From NCBI GenBank assembly GCA_951406725.2, contig OX597831.1, forward strand, positions 82,088,001-82,152,000: 64,000 nt of DNA. The letters are read 5' to 3'. The stretch comes from Octopus vulgaris. Its lineage: Eukaryota. The translations under genes and the position numbers were made by a program. Below the pieces are notes generated by a model. It was not told where the DNA came from, did no database searches, and saw nothing but the letters and a program-made list of their open reading frames with translations. Positions 51,714-64,000 of the stretch are shown here, piece by piece (positions within the stretch are counted from its first letter, which is position 1; each line of letters starts with the position of its first letter).

Positions 51714-52048
51714 TGCATATGGTGCAAACAACGTATAATACGTAAATAAACGAGGGAAGAACGAGTGAAATAGGTAAACAACGAGAAAAAAATGGAAAAC
51801 AGGACAAGTTGACGAAGAGAAAGGACCCTTTATCAGTTGCCAGCTGTCTATCTACTCCTCATTTCGATCATTCAACGAGATTTCACTCGTTTGTTTACGT
51901 ACTTCATTTTGAAATTTATAGAAAAACAAAAGACGAAGACAGGTGGATGAACAAGCAAGTATATTAGTTTGACGCTCGGGAAAGATGAAAAGAGTCTTTT
52001 ACATTTCGAGTCTGCGCTCTTCAATAGAAAGGAATAGAGAAAATAAAC

Positions 52049-52090
<42 letters not shown>

Positions 52091-52127
52091 TGAAAAACTT
52101 GTCTCTTTCTCTTCCTTTGTATCTCTT

Positions 52128-52275
52128 TTGCCTTTCAGTTTCCATCTACCAAATCCACTCACAGGGCTTTGGTCGGCTCGAGGCTATAGCAGAAGACACT
52201 TGCGCAAGGTGCCACACAGTGGGACCGAACTCGGAACCATGTGGCTGGGAAGCAAGCTTCTTACCACACAGCCAT
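52128..52275 (-). mobile_element. SINE family A 5' half
   Basis: CTTTCAGTTTCCATCTACCAAATCCACTCACA..GGAACCATGTGGCTGGGAAGCAAGCTTCTTACCACACAGCC. Confidence 0.88.
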
Positions 52276-52303
52276 CGCATATATATATATATGTATATGT
52301 ATA

Positions 52304-52847
52304 CGAGCAAAACGCCCCCCCCCGCCCATCCGCCCAATGGACGGTGCTGAATCATATCTGCTGAATAAAAATCAATCAGTGTTTTCTTTTCAATAAAAAA
52401 ATAATTAAGCATGCCTTTATTTCAATAAATTTTTTGTTTTTTTTAAAACGAAGTTAAGGCAAAGAAAAAAAAAACTTTCCTTGCTTTATGGCAAGTTTGA
52501 AGAAAATATCTCTTTTGCATCTTACTTTTTCGTCTCTTAAATATGCTGCATTTTGTGGCATTATTTCAAGCCAGCCGGTTTTTTTTGCGCAAACTGCAAG
52601 TGCACTTTTTCGCGTACGTACTGATGTACTTGCGTGTACAGCTGATGTACTTGCGTGTACAAATGCACGTTCCCACGGCTTTATCGATCGCATTCTCACA
52701 TGGAATCGATTTTTGTAAGTTTTTAAGACTTATACACGCCCTGATGCAGTCGGTATCTATATATCAAATTTGAGTGCAATCGGATGGAGGATACCCAAGA
52801 TCCTAGAAGTAACACACACACAGACAGAACGGATTTTATATAATAGA
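52304..52847 (-). mobile_element. Non-autonomous Helitron-like element
   Basis: Minus strand begins A|TCTATTATATAAAATCCGTTCTGTCTGTGTG and ends with a GC-rich subterminal tract then CTCG|T (degenerate CTRR); A/T insertion site without TSD. Confidence 0.6.
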
Positions 52848-52855
52848 TATAGCTC

Positions 52856-52931
52856 ACGGGCATATGGCGTAGTGATTAAGAGCGCGGGCTACTAACCCCA
52901 AGATTCTGAGTTCGATTCCAGGCAGTGACAC

Positions 52932-52992
<61 letters not shown>
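52856..52992 (+). mobile_element. Short tRNA-derived retroposon with (AAT)n tail
   Basis: A-box TGGCGTAGTGATT and B-box GAGTTCGATTCC, followed almost immediately by (AAT)n; acceptor stem does not pair. Confidence 0.65.
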
Positions 52993-53002
52993 TTAGCACC
53001 AA

Positions 53003-53331
53003 GCAGTGGCTCTCGTGGCTTCTGATGTTAACTGATTGGAAGTGTTATCATGTACATTGTTTTGTCTTGGTATAAAAGATGGGCTACAGCAAATATTCTG
53101 CTCAATATCACAGATTTGCTTGTCAGTAGTTTGACCTTAACCAGTTGAGCATGTCCCTTAGTGGCTGACGATATGTGCATCTCTGATCACGAGCAGAAGT
53201 AGTTGAGAGGGATTCTTTAGGGTTTGAATAATTCACCTCTGGAAACATGGGTGTTTCGTTCAACATCCTTAAACAACCCTTACTCAGGGACCTTTTGAGC
53301 AGGATGGGTTACTTGACCAGAAGAAAATTCT
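53003..53331 (+). mobile_element. Repeat family C, cut off by a Tx1 3' end
   Basis: Matches 8024-8373 with a small internal deletion; stops at GAAAATTCTAA. Confidence 0.88.
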
Positions 53332-55497
53332 AAATAAATAAAATGCCCAATAGCTGGGGTAGTCCACTTAGTGTAATCTGGGGTCAGCCCCACACAGAAA
53401 TCCTGGATTACTCTGCCATCCCAAAGCATGGGAAAGTGCCCTCTTCCAGTTTCTTTCCTCCTGCTTAGAAAAACATATTCAGAGTCAGTCCATTCAGTCT
53501 CACCAGTCTTGCCACTGTTGACCACCTTTTGATAAACAAGCAAGACAGCATCTCCCCCTCTACCTTCACTTTCCTCTTTAAATGATATTTGACCAGATAG
53601 GAATGTGCCTGTCTTCAAATTTTTCAGACGGTCCGCCATAGAGCCTCTTTTGCCACAGCTACTAAGCAGAGAAAGATCTGCATTTCTTCACTAAAGGAAG
53701 CTGGTGCGTCGATCTTCACTATACGTTCGGCAGACAGCTGAATTCATCTTATATGCGACAACAGCTGCTGCCCCACACAATCCCACAACTTTCTAATGCA
53801 TGGACACTGAATTATTGCATGCAGGACAATTTCGTCTCCCTGCAAACATCTCGCGCAGGTACGGCTGTTGGCTGCCTGAAGCACTTGTCTTGAACGGTCA
53901 ATACTCATCTGTAGCACTGCCAAGTCAAAGACTTTTGGAAATTTTCCATGATCTTCGACTCGAAGATCGTCTGAAAGAGACTACTCAGACTGTTCTCGTC
54001 GATGCCTAGATTCAATCCTAGGCCATCATCACCCATACCCTCAACTAACCCCCTTTAGAAATCAGTTTTGGGTAGCTGGTACAGTGAGTGCCTGGCAACA
54101 TTCTAGAAGCCAAACGCCCAACCTCGCTCTACGCTTGACCCATGATTGCAGCTCTGTCATTGAGATGGACTGCGGAAAGGCTTGTCGCACGAAAGACGCC
54201 CACACCAGTTCACCCTTATTTTCATCGTCGTCGTTGTCGTCCAGTGATTTAGATACTTCTGCAGGTGACACAGCTTCAAAGCGTGGCACCGAATCATTAA
54301 GGATGGCATCCCAAGATCACCACGGTGTGGGTGTTGACAGCAGATGGATTTTTTGACTAGTGGAACCTGAGCCTTTTATAAGAATCGGAAAAGCAAGCGC
54401 TCCAATCTGGTCATTGTTTTCTTAGGACAAGGTACGACGGCTAGGCGGTAGTACACTACCGAGGCGATATACGCATTCGCTACTTCCAGCCGGCCTTTCA
54501 TAGACAGCTTCCTTTCTGCCCATTATCTCTCTCCATTTCCTATATACCTGGAGATCTGGTCCGAACCAAACTCCCAGCACTTTCACCGGACCCTCCGTCC
54601 AGCGACAGAAATCACCACTTGTCAACTTGCCTCTCCAAGAGCCTGCTTGCATACCTACTGACTTGTCCTGGTTTATGAGTTCTCCTGAGCATTCCTGATA
54701 TGTCCGAAGAGTCCGACACCATGACAGCTCTCCTGTGAACTAGCTCCAACAGGATACCCCTCATATTCTCCATCTTTCGCAGCAAGGGTTCCAAAGCTAA
54801 AATATATAAAAGTAGGGAAAGGGGGTGTCCTTGGCGTACCGAGCGTTCAATACTGAAAAGTTCCGAGAAGTGGCCATTCAGTCTGAAAACCGAGCAGATT
54901 CCACTATATATTGTGGGGATCCAGCCTCTGAAGACGGGGCCGAAACTGACAGCTTTTAGGGCAGAAACCAGATAGCGATGGCCCACCCAGTCAAAAGCTT
55001 TGGACTGGTCCAAATTGACCAGAGCCCCTTCAAAGCCTGATCTATTCCCGACCCATTCTACGATGCATCACATGAGGTGGAGATTGTCGTGGACAGATCT
55101 ACAGGGGATCGCACAGGTTTGTGCATCCACAACTATATTACCGACAACAAGTGCCTGCCTCTTGAAAAGAGATCGGCGAAATACTGCCGAAACACTGCAC
55201 TCATCTGTTTGGAATCGGAGTGCAGATGACCACTGCGGTCCGTCACAGAGCGAATCTTAGATTTGTTTTCCTACTGTGCCTCCGCAACCCGGGCCCAAAC
55301 AACGGCTTTTGAGCCTTCGTGTTTCAAGACACGCACGCTAGATCGGATAGTACTGCCTTTATGTTTTACGTCGAAGAAATGGTCGAGTGCCATTCACGCC
55401 GCTGGCACGTCATTTGCAACCCCACTTTTTTGTGCCTCTTCTAACTTACTAACTAGTTTATTTTCTATTCTGTGGTTTTCTAAAGCAATCTCTTTGC
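53332..55497 (-). mobile_element. Old Tx1/L1-clade LINE ORF2 relic
   Basis: ARVAEAQ..KIRS, AQTCAIP.RSVHDNLHLM, DQSKAFDWV.H, SVRQGHPLS, WTEGPVKVLGVWFGPDLQ, VRQAFPQSISMTELQSW; many stops and deletions; 5' end abuts (TAA)n. Confidence 0.92.
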
Positions 55498-55498
55498 A

Positions 55499-55597
<99 letters not shown>

Positions 55598-55913
55598 GAT
55601 AATCATAGTAATAATGATAGCATTAGTAATGTGTCGACACAGGCACATGCATATGCGCACACATACATAGACACGTACATGTATATATGCGTGCGTAAGT
55701 ATACAAGCATGTATACATATGTGTGTGCGTATGAAGGCATATATGTGCATATGTGTGTGTGTGTGCGTGTGTGTGCGTGTGTGTATGGGTATATATAAAA
55801 GTTTTGCATATTTGGTGTTGCGATAAATATTGAAAGATTAGCCGCTGTGTAGAATTCAATACGATCTCGAATACGTGCGCGCACAAGTGTGTGTATGCTT
55901 GCGCATAAACGTA

Positions 55914-55968
<55 letters not shown>

Positions 55969-55982
55969 GCATAAACACACGC

Positions 55983-56017
<35 letters not shown>

Positions 56018-56654
56018 CACACAACTACCAGGATCAACCCTCAGATTTCAGTAACTAAGAGTCTTATCAAACTAAAATGGCGACATTTTATCTCAGATAT
56101 TCCCGGATATCGCAGACATGTGCTGAAGAATTTCATTCTTTTTCACAATTTCTTATCAGTTTTACATTTTTGAACAAACTAAATTCTCCATAAACGGTAA
56201 ATAGCGAGTTTCTTGCCTCATCTTCCTCTTTCTCGTTCCCTTCCTTCTTCTTTTTGCACTCTTCATCTTCTCACACCTTCCCATTTTTCTCTCTTCCCTC
56301 CCACCCATACCTACTTACCTCCTCCCTCACCTCACATTACTGATACTCTTCCATGCCAGTTTCTTTGCTAACATAAATATTTATTCTGCGCCTCATCCAC
56401 TGTCCATCTGCCATCCGGGTATTCATACACCCACTGCCCACCACATCAACGCCCTCCTCTTCAATGGTATATCCATCTAATTCTACTTGCGATATGCTAA
56501 CGTCGATTAAGTCACGTTCATCAGATGCACACACACGCACCCCTGCACACACACACGCTTACATACATATATATACATACAATACTTGCATGCATGCATG
56601 CATACATATATACATACATGCATATATACATACATACATATATACATACATACA

Positions 56655-56688
<34 letters not shown>

Positions 56689-56710
56689 CATACATACATA
56701 CATACATACA

Positions 56711-56744
<34 letters not shown>

Positions 56745-56794
56745 CATACATATATACATACATACATATATACATACGTACGTACATACATACA

Positions 56795-57330
56795 TGGTGG
56801 CTGCCCCCTCGTTATCGAGTATGGCCATTGCACGAAGCTTAATCAATGTTGTTATCGTGCAATGCCTGTGCAAGAAGATTTTTTTTAAAGTGAGGAAAGG
56901 CTGTGCACTGAGTCAATCTCACTCACTAAGCAACAGCAGCCATAATTCGAAAAGAAGAAGTCAACATCATCGGTAACCACTGAGCCGCAGGTTTTATATC
57001 GGAGTTATCCCAGTTTCCTGAGTTACCTTCTCCTAGAAGGATGCCTTAACAAAGGCTGGGAGTCCTTCACTCCCAATAGTTTATCCGCGCGATCGGGTAT
57101 TCAGTCCGATTATTTCTATGTCCCCGCGCATGATACAGCCTTAAGACATTTATTGGATGGCCATTGACTCTCAAGAGTTCCTCCGCCCTTTGACGGGTTT
57201 TGTTTTTCATCCCGCAGGGTGTCCAATAAACACCCTCCTCACCAAGCAAGCTTGGTGGGGTTGCCGGTTTAGTCACCGACGACCCGACCATGCAACAGGT
57301 TGTACTGGGTTACATGTTACCAGTAGCACA
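56795..57330 (-). mobile_element. Probable bipartite non-autonomous RTE derivative (5' UTR plus 3' end) within (TACA)n
   Basis: Minus strand ends ..ATGGCCATACTCGATAACGAGGGGGCAGCCACC-(ATGT)n and begins with a segment containing GACTAAACCGGCAACCCC; both resemble RTE termini as recalled; no ORF. Confidence 0.55.
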
Positions 57331-57406
57331 TATATACCTACATACATACATACATACATACATACATACATGCATACATGCATACATACTTGCATATATA
57401 CATACA

Positions 57407-57440
<34 letters not shown>

Positions 57441-58285
57441 CATATATACATACATATATACATACATACATACATACATACATACATGCATACATACATA
57501 CATACATGCATGCACACATACATACATACACATACATACATACACACATACACACATACACATACATGCACATATATACACACATGCATGCATACATACA
57601 TACATACATACATACATACATACGCGCGCACAAACATACACACGCACAAACACACACACACACACACCGACGTATATACCACCTTCACATACATATACCC
57701 CACTCACCCGAAATCGATTGAAGGACACCGAACCCCTTCAGAACTCGAACCGAATCGGAAGTGAATACCACGGCCTACCGTTAAATACACAGATTATATA
57801 CGTTATGTCTTATGTGGTCGATAATTTTGACTACACTACTGCTGCTTCGATTTCACATTTGAATTTATTCTCACATATGCAGTGTCCGGGCATATCAGCA
57901 AATAGTTTCCATACTATATGCGTATAAGTCGTGGATTGGTGATATGATTCATCTCTAATTCGGTTCAGGGACGTCAAGCTGATAATCCACAAAAATGGCG
58001 AAACATCATTGTCCATCACCCCTGAGTTGAATTAGGGGTGTGTTGTCTCGCCTGTTCATGACTTTCAAGTGTGTTAAAACCCAGCGCTTGGAGAGAGTAA
58101 TCTCCAGCGTATCAAGTCGCAGCCTACCGGGAAATACGTAAAGCATACACGTTAAGTAAGTGTGATTGATTATATATATATATATATATATATACGAGCG
58201 TGAGTCGTCTAAGAGACCATAAGTCAGGGGAAAGATGCACTCGTATAACTGTCAATAGAGTGGGTATATTATCCGAAATGTACAG

Positions 58286-58394
<109 letters not shown>

Positions 58395-58395
58395 C

Positions 58396-58576
<181 letters not shown>

Positions 58577-58855
58577 TATCCATATTTAAGCCTGGGTGGG
58601 GATTCCCTGTCCTAATGTTTATGAATCTTTTTGATATTACGTTATTAGTATCTTAAGTTATTAAAATTATTATCAGCTCACCATCGTAAGTTATCCTGCA
58701 CTTAACTATGTGTTCTTTGTAGAGAAGGCGCCCTTGGAATTTTCCAGTGTCGTCATATTGATATATTGGCAAGCACCATACATGTCAGATTATCTGTCTG
58801 TCAGTTTGCCAATCTCTCTGCATAAACATGTGCGTATGTGTGTGTGTGTGTGTGT

Positions 58856-58923
<68 letters not shown>

Positions 58924-59089
58924 CAGAGATTGGTGCATGGTGTGTGGTTGTGTATGCATTCATGTATGTATGTATGTATGCATACATGCACGCACACACA
59001 CATATATATGTATACACACACATAAACACACACACACACATATATATATATGTATACACACACACACATATATATGTATACACACACAT

Positions 59090-59145
<56 letters not shown>

Positions 59146-59146
59146 G

Positions 59147-59198
<52 letters not shown>

Positions 59199-60313
59199 CA
59201 CACACACATATATATGTATACATATACATGCATACACACATAAATGCATGCATACACAAATAGATGCATACATACATACATGAATACATATACAACCACG
59301 CACCATACACGCACACCACCAACCATGATCACAAGCGCGCGCAGACACACTCACCATTGGACAGGACAATTTTCAGCGGCCAAGCAAGCAAATAAGCGAA
59401 ATTGCGACATGTCGTATGATGTGTGACGTCACATGTTATTCCTTTGTTGTCCTACAAAAAAAGTAAGAACTTTTGTCTGTGTCTCCACATGGAGATCAAT
59501 TCTGTTGACGAAGCATGGCTTGTTATATGGTATTACTTAGTTAAATAAAGCTGGCATCATCTGTGATTGTTATCTTGCGATGGCCCTATCTGGAACGACA
59601 ATGTGATGTCAATAGTTTCACGCTTATTCTTTCTTTGCTAGATAGGGAGCAATATGTTAGATTTGTGATAGGCTTGAAGGAGCTCATCTATTGGTACAGT
59701 CAGCTCTTAACTGAAGTCTCAGTTAAGCCGATGTTTTCAGATGGTACAGAGATTTTTCTCGATCACGGCAGCGTGGCAAACAATATAATTACTCATACAC
59801 TGGTGGACGAGAGAATGTCAACATATATTTCAATAACTTCAGACGTCTCTTCGTTAAGTTACTCTAAGGATGTGAGACTGGAGGATCGAAAAGATGTTGG
59901 CGGTTACAAGATACGCATTAACAGGACTGTGAAATATTAATGGAACTTGATGGAAGTTTATAATGCTGCGTATTAACGGGTCTCTGGAGCAGCTAGCTTT
60001 TATGCTGGCCCTGTTGCATAAGTATTTATTAATTAGGAAGACGGATTGTTACGCCACACTGGTCTTGATGTTTTGGGGTTCTTATTTTGACGGCGTGTTG
60101 AATCAAATCATGCTTGTTCTTCAAATTAGAAAAGGGATAATCTTTTATTCTTTTACTGGTTTCAGTCTTTGAAATCGGCTACGACTGGAATACTTCTGGT
60201 AATAGGTTTTTTTCAATGAAGCCTGGGCTAGAGCTAAACGCTAACAATAAGAATATTACGAACAATCTTACCATGGAACCTCATTGTAGTCACGTGCCTT
60301 GCCAGAATGGCAT

Positions 60314-60399
60314 CCTAAGTCACCCTTTAGCATCGTAAAAGAAAGCAGGAGACATTGCTGCTTCATGGAGTCTTCTTAGAGACACTGTGTTAGGCAAAG
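60314..60399 (+). repeat. Left arm of a perfect 86-bp inverted repeat (partner 63910-63995)
   Basis: Base-by-base comparison shows no mismatch. Confidence 0.95.
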
Positions 60400-60716
60400 G
60401 TCGAGATGGTTACGAGTGGAACGTCTTTGATCTTAGACTTGCTGAATCAGGTCCGATATTATGCTGTACACCACCACTACCACCACCACCTCCACCACCT
60501 CCACCACCTCCAACAACAACAACAACCTCTACTCCTTAGGCATATACCTACTTTTGACATCTTCTATAAATTAAAAGACCAAGTCAGGGAAGGTCGTGAC
60601 ATTCTGACTGTCGAGAAGACATTAATCACAAACGAACCAAGAATAATTTCTGCTGATAATCGAAACCCTAAGAGAACACTCAACTTTGAATCTATTCCCT
60701 TGTTGGGACAGAAAGA

Positions 60717-60782
<66 letters not shown>

Positions 60783-61049
60783 TTTTGTTAAGAGAAACTG
60801 TTTAGTGTATCTATATAGGTTGTTATCAAAGTGCTTAATTAGGTGGGGGTGGGGATGGGGCATTTGTGTGTGCGTGTGCGCGTTCAGACAGACAAACCTT
60901 ACATTGAAGATAGCCACATTGTAATTAATTTTAAAAATATTAACACCTTCCGTCTCTCCCTCACATGCACAGCAAATATATTCTAAAGTAATTTCAACGT
61001 GAGAATTTCTGATTTACTGGACAATTATCATCATCATCATCATCATCAT

Positions 61050-61085
<36 letters not shown>

Positions 61086-61567
61086 TATTATTAAGAGTAA
61101 AATAACTCACTATTATTATTATTTCATTAAGAGAGAAAAATAATACTTCCTCATTCTCTCTTTCCCACTCTCTCCATACACACACGCACACACGTACACA
61201 CGTACCTACATTCGCATTCACGCGCATACACGGGCAAACAAATGAACGGACGTAGGCACACATTCACACATGGCTGTCTACAATACAGACAAGCGTATTA
61301 ACACGCATATACACTCACAGGGATGTATACATGAGGCTAGGTACACCACCATCACCTCCGCCTATGTATGCACGCACACGCTCGCGTGCGGGCGCAAACC
61401 AACGCATACAGACACAGACTAATACATGCATACACAGACATATACATGCATACACACACACATATGCAACACAAAACATTCACAGACACACAGACATACA
61501 TTTTCTTCATGTCGCATCATCAGTATTATCTCTTGGCTCTTAACCAAAACGTTTCCCTCCCACACTC

Positions 61568-61608
<41 letters not shown>

Positions 61609-61640
61609 CTCCCACTCTCTCTCTCTATAAATATATGTAT

Positions 61641-61677
<37 letters not shown>

Positions 61678-61776
61678 CATTTATATATATTATGTGTGTG
61701 TGTTTTAAAGGAAACCAGGAAGAAATAGTTTTGCAGCTTTACCTTCTTCCTGTAAACATACAGGCATTGTGTATAT

Positions 61777-62026
<250 letters not shown>

Positions 62027-62569
62027 TTAGGTGTTGGGGTGGGAGAAGGTCTGTTTATGTCTGTCTTTGTCTGTGTGTTTGGCGTGGGGTGCGCATGGGA
62101 ATATGTCTGCGCCTTTCTGTGAGTGTGTGTGTACGTGTGGGGTGTATGTAATCTGCCTGCATGTCTACCTGTTTACGTCTGTGTGTGTATGTATAAGGGT
62201 ATGTGTATGTGTTTGATGTCTGTATGCTTGTATGTAAATTCGTCTGTCTGTCCGTGTGTCTCTGTTCTTTACCATTTTGCTTATCTTCTGCAAATGTCTA
62301 GGTTGATGACCCCGTTTCTGAAATAGTTCCTTAGGAAGAGGTGACGTTGAACAGATCGTTTCGGGGCACTTCTAGTTACCCGAAATGAAAGGAGTCCCTT
62401 TAGGGCCTTCCAAATTCTATTAGGGGGGGGTGAGCTGGAGTGACTCAAGGTGAGGATAACGCCAAGCCTGGATTACTCTTGTGCCATTTCGAGGATCAGA
62501 AACTATTTCAAAGATGACTTCTAGCTAGAAAAAAAAGGGAGATAACTGTGATAATCTTTTCCACGAAAG

Positions 62570-62792
62570 AAACAAAACCTGAAATTTGGTGAGAGGAGGA
62601 GGAGGAGGAGGAGAAGGAGGATGTAAAGTCGATTTCATTGAATCGAATACTCAACTGGTACTTTATTTTATCAACCACGAAAGAATGAAGGACATGTTCG
62701 ACCTCGGCGATATTTGAGCTCAGAACGTATTGACAGGCGAAAACCCACAAAGTATTTTGTCCGGCATGTTAGATTTTCCAGCTCACCGCCTT
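62570..62792 (-). mobile_element. Divergent SINE family B
   Basis: AACTGGTACTTTATTTTATC..GAATGAAGG..TCGACCTCGGCG..CCAGCTCACCGCC. Confidence 0.75.
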
Positions 62793-63197
62793 TAAAGTCC
62801 ACTGAAACAATTTATTCATGTCTATATTTTAGAGAGCCGTCTCCATTAAAGTTTAGCAGAATTTGCGGAGAAATTTAGTCTTTGTTGAATTATTTAAAGT
62901 TTAACTAGTTTGTGTTTCGTTGCTCTGGAATACAGCGGAAGTGTTTGAATTTTATGTAATTAAAAAATGTCCTCTTTGAAGGTCGTTCTTTTAGAATTTC
63001 AGTCTTTGTCCATGATAGAAGGGTGGCATCGTTTACATTAATGCCACAAACATGGTTGGACCAGATTCAAGCACTGAGACAAAACTGAGTTATCAGAATG
63101 AAAGACTGTTGCTGCTGTGAAACCTCTGTCTTTTGATGTATATCGATGACTATATTATCCAATGCGTTCTTCCTTTTCTTTAAACGATCCCGTAATG

Positions 63198-63345
63198 AAG
63201 CGGTTCGGCAAAAGATACCGATAGAATAAGAACTAGGTTTATAAAGAATGAGTCCTGGGGTCGATTTGTTCGACTAAAGGCGGTGCTCCAGCATGACCGC
63301 AGTCAAATGACTGAAACAAGTAAAAGAATAAAAGAATAAAAGAAT
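63198..63345 (+). mobile_element. SINE family A 3' part
   Basis: GCGGTTCGGCAAAAGA..CCTGGGGTCGATTTGTTCGACTAAAGGCGGTGCTCCAGCATG..(AAAAGAAT)n tail. Confidence 0.88.
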
Positions 63346-63359
63346 ATACACGTGAATGC

Positions 63360-63786
63360 ATTCTTTTATTCTTTTATTCGTTTCAGATTTGACTGCGGTC
63401 ATGCTGGAGCACCGTCTTTAGTCGAACAAATCGACCCCAGGACTTATTCTTTGTAACCCTAGTACTTATTCTATCGGTCTCTCATTGTCAAGCAATGTTG
63501 GTGGGGGTGACAAACACAGACACACAAACATACACACACACACACACACACACGCACACACACACACACACATACACATACACACACACACACATACACA
63601 CATATATTTATATACATATATACGACAGGCTTCTTTCAGTTTCCGTCTACCAAATCCACTCACAAAGCATTGGTCGGCCTGGGGCTATAGCAGAAGACAC
63701 TTGCCCAAGATGCCACGCAGTGGGACTGAACCCGGAACCATGTGGTTGGTAAGCAAGCTACTTACCGCACAACCACGCCTGCGCCT
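63360..63786 (-). mobile_element. SINE family A, near full length
   Basis: Minus strand runs GGCGCAGGCGTGGTTGTGCGGTAAG..GGGTTCAGTCCC..GGTAGACGGAAACTGAAAGAAGCC, an internal (TG)n and the AAAAGAAT tail. Confidence 0.92.
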
Positions 63787-63909
63787 ATAGATAAGAATGT
63801 TTGAATACATATTTACTTGTGCATGTATCAGCAGAAGTTTAGCTGTTTCACCGCTGAACTTAACTTTTCTCACGACCCCACAACATCGACGATAATAAAG
63901 GTTTCTAAT

Positions 63910-63995
63910 CTTTGCCTAACACAGTGTCTCTAAGAAGACTCCATGAAGCAGCAATGTCTCCTGCTTTCTTTTACGATGCTAAAGGGTGACTTAGG
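63910..63995 (-). repeat. Right arm of the 86-bp inverted repeat; probably continues beyond the window
   Basis: Exact reverse complement of 60314-60399; 63993-64000 also matches 60292-60299. Confidence 0.95.
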
Positions 63996-64000
63996 CACGT

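Noticed and set aside
52856-52935. Functional tRNA gene (also 1975-2092 and 16015-16080)
   Set aside because: A/B boxes are present but there is no proper acceptor stem or cloverleaf; best read as SINE heads.
57974-58018. Hammerhead-like CTGATAA..CGAAACA..TGTC
   Set aside because: Core mismatch and stem I does not pair.

Overview
Eukaryotic, AT-rich, repeat-saturated DNA with very dense (TA)n, (CA)n, (TAA)n, (TACA)n and (TATC)n microsatellites. The SINE and LINE repertoire looks like a coleoid cephalopod, probably Octopus (inference from repeat style). There is no intact multi-exon host gene, and most ORFs in the supplied track are translated microsatellites. Recognisable content: a fairly young 5'-truncated Tx1/L1-clade LINE (12.2-14.9 kb) with several older Tx1 relics; four R4/Dong-like restriction-like-endonuclease (RLE) LINE 3' fragments tied to (TAA)n, one split by a full-length but decayed Chapaev3-type DNA transposon with a TTA target-site duplication (TSD); RTE fragments and a bipartite RTE derivative; three Tc1/mariner relics, one nested in a SINE; a non-autonomous Helitron; Penelope relics; and many copies of two tRNA-headed SINEs plus a third ~550-bp (TAA)n-tailed repeat. 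Best leads: three tandem fold-back elements embedded in (TA)n at 50.6-51.6 kb carrying minimal hammerhead-ribozyme motifs on both strands; a perfect 86-bp inverted repeat (60.3 vs 63.9 kb); chimeras between the (TAA)n-tailed repeat and R4/Dong 3' ends; and a candidate 31-nt first coding exon (MSTIDKDEVE) at 30.1 kb. All calls are by eye; no database search was run and most boundaries are approximate.
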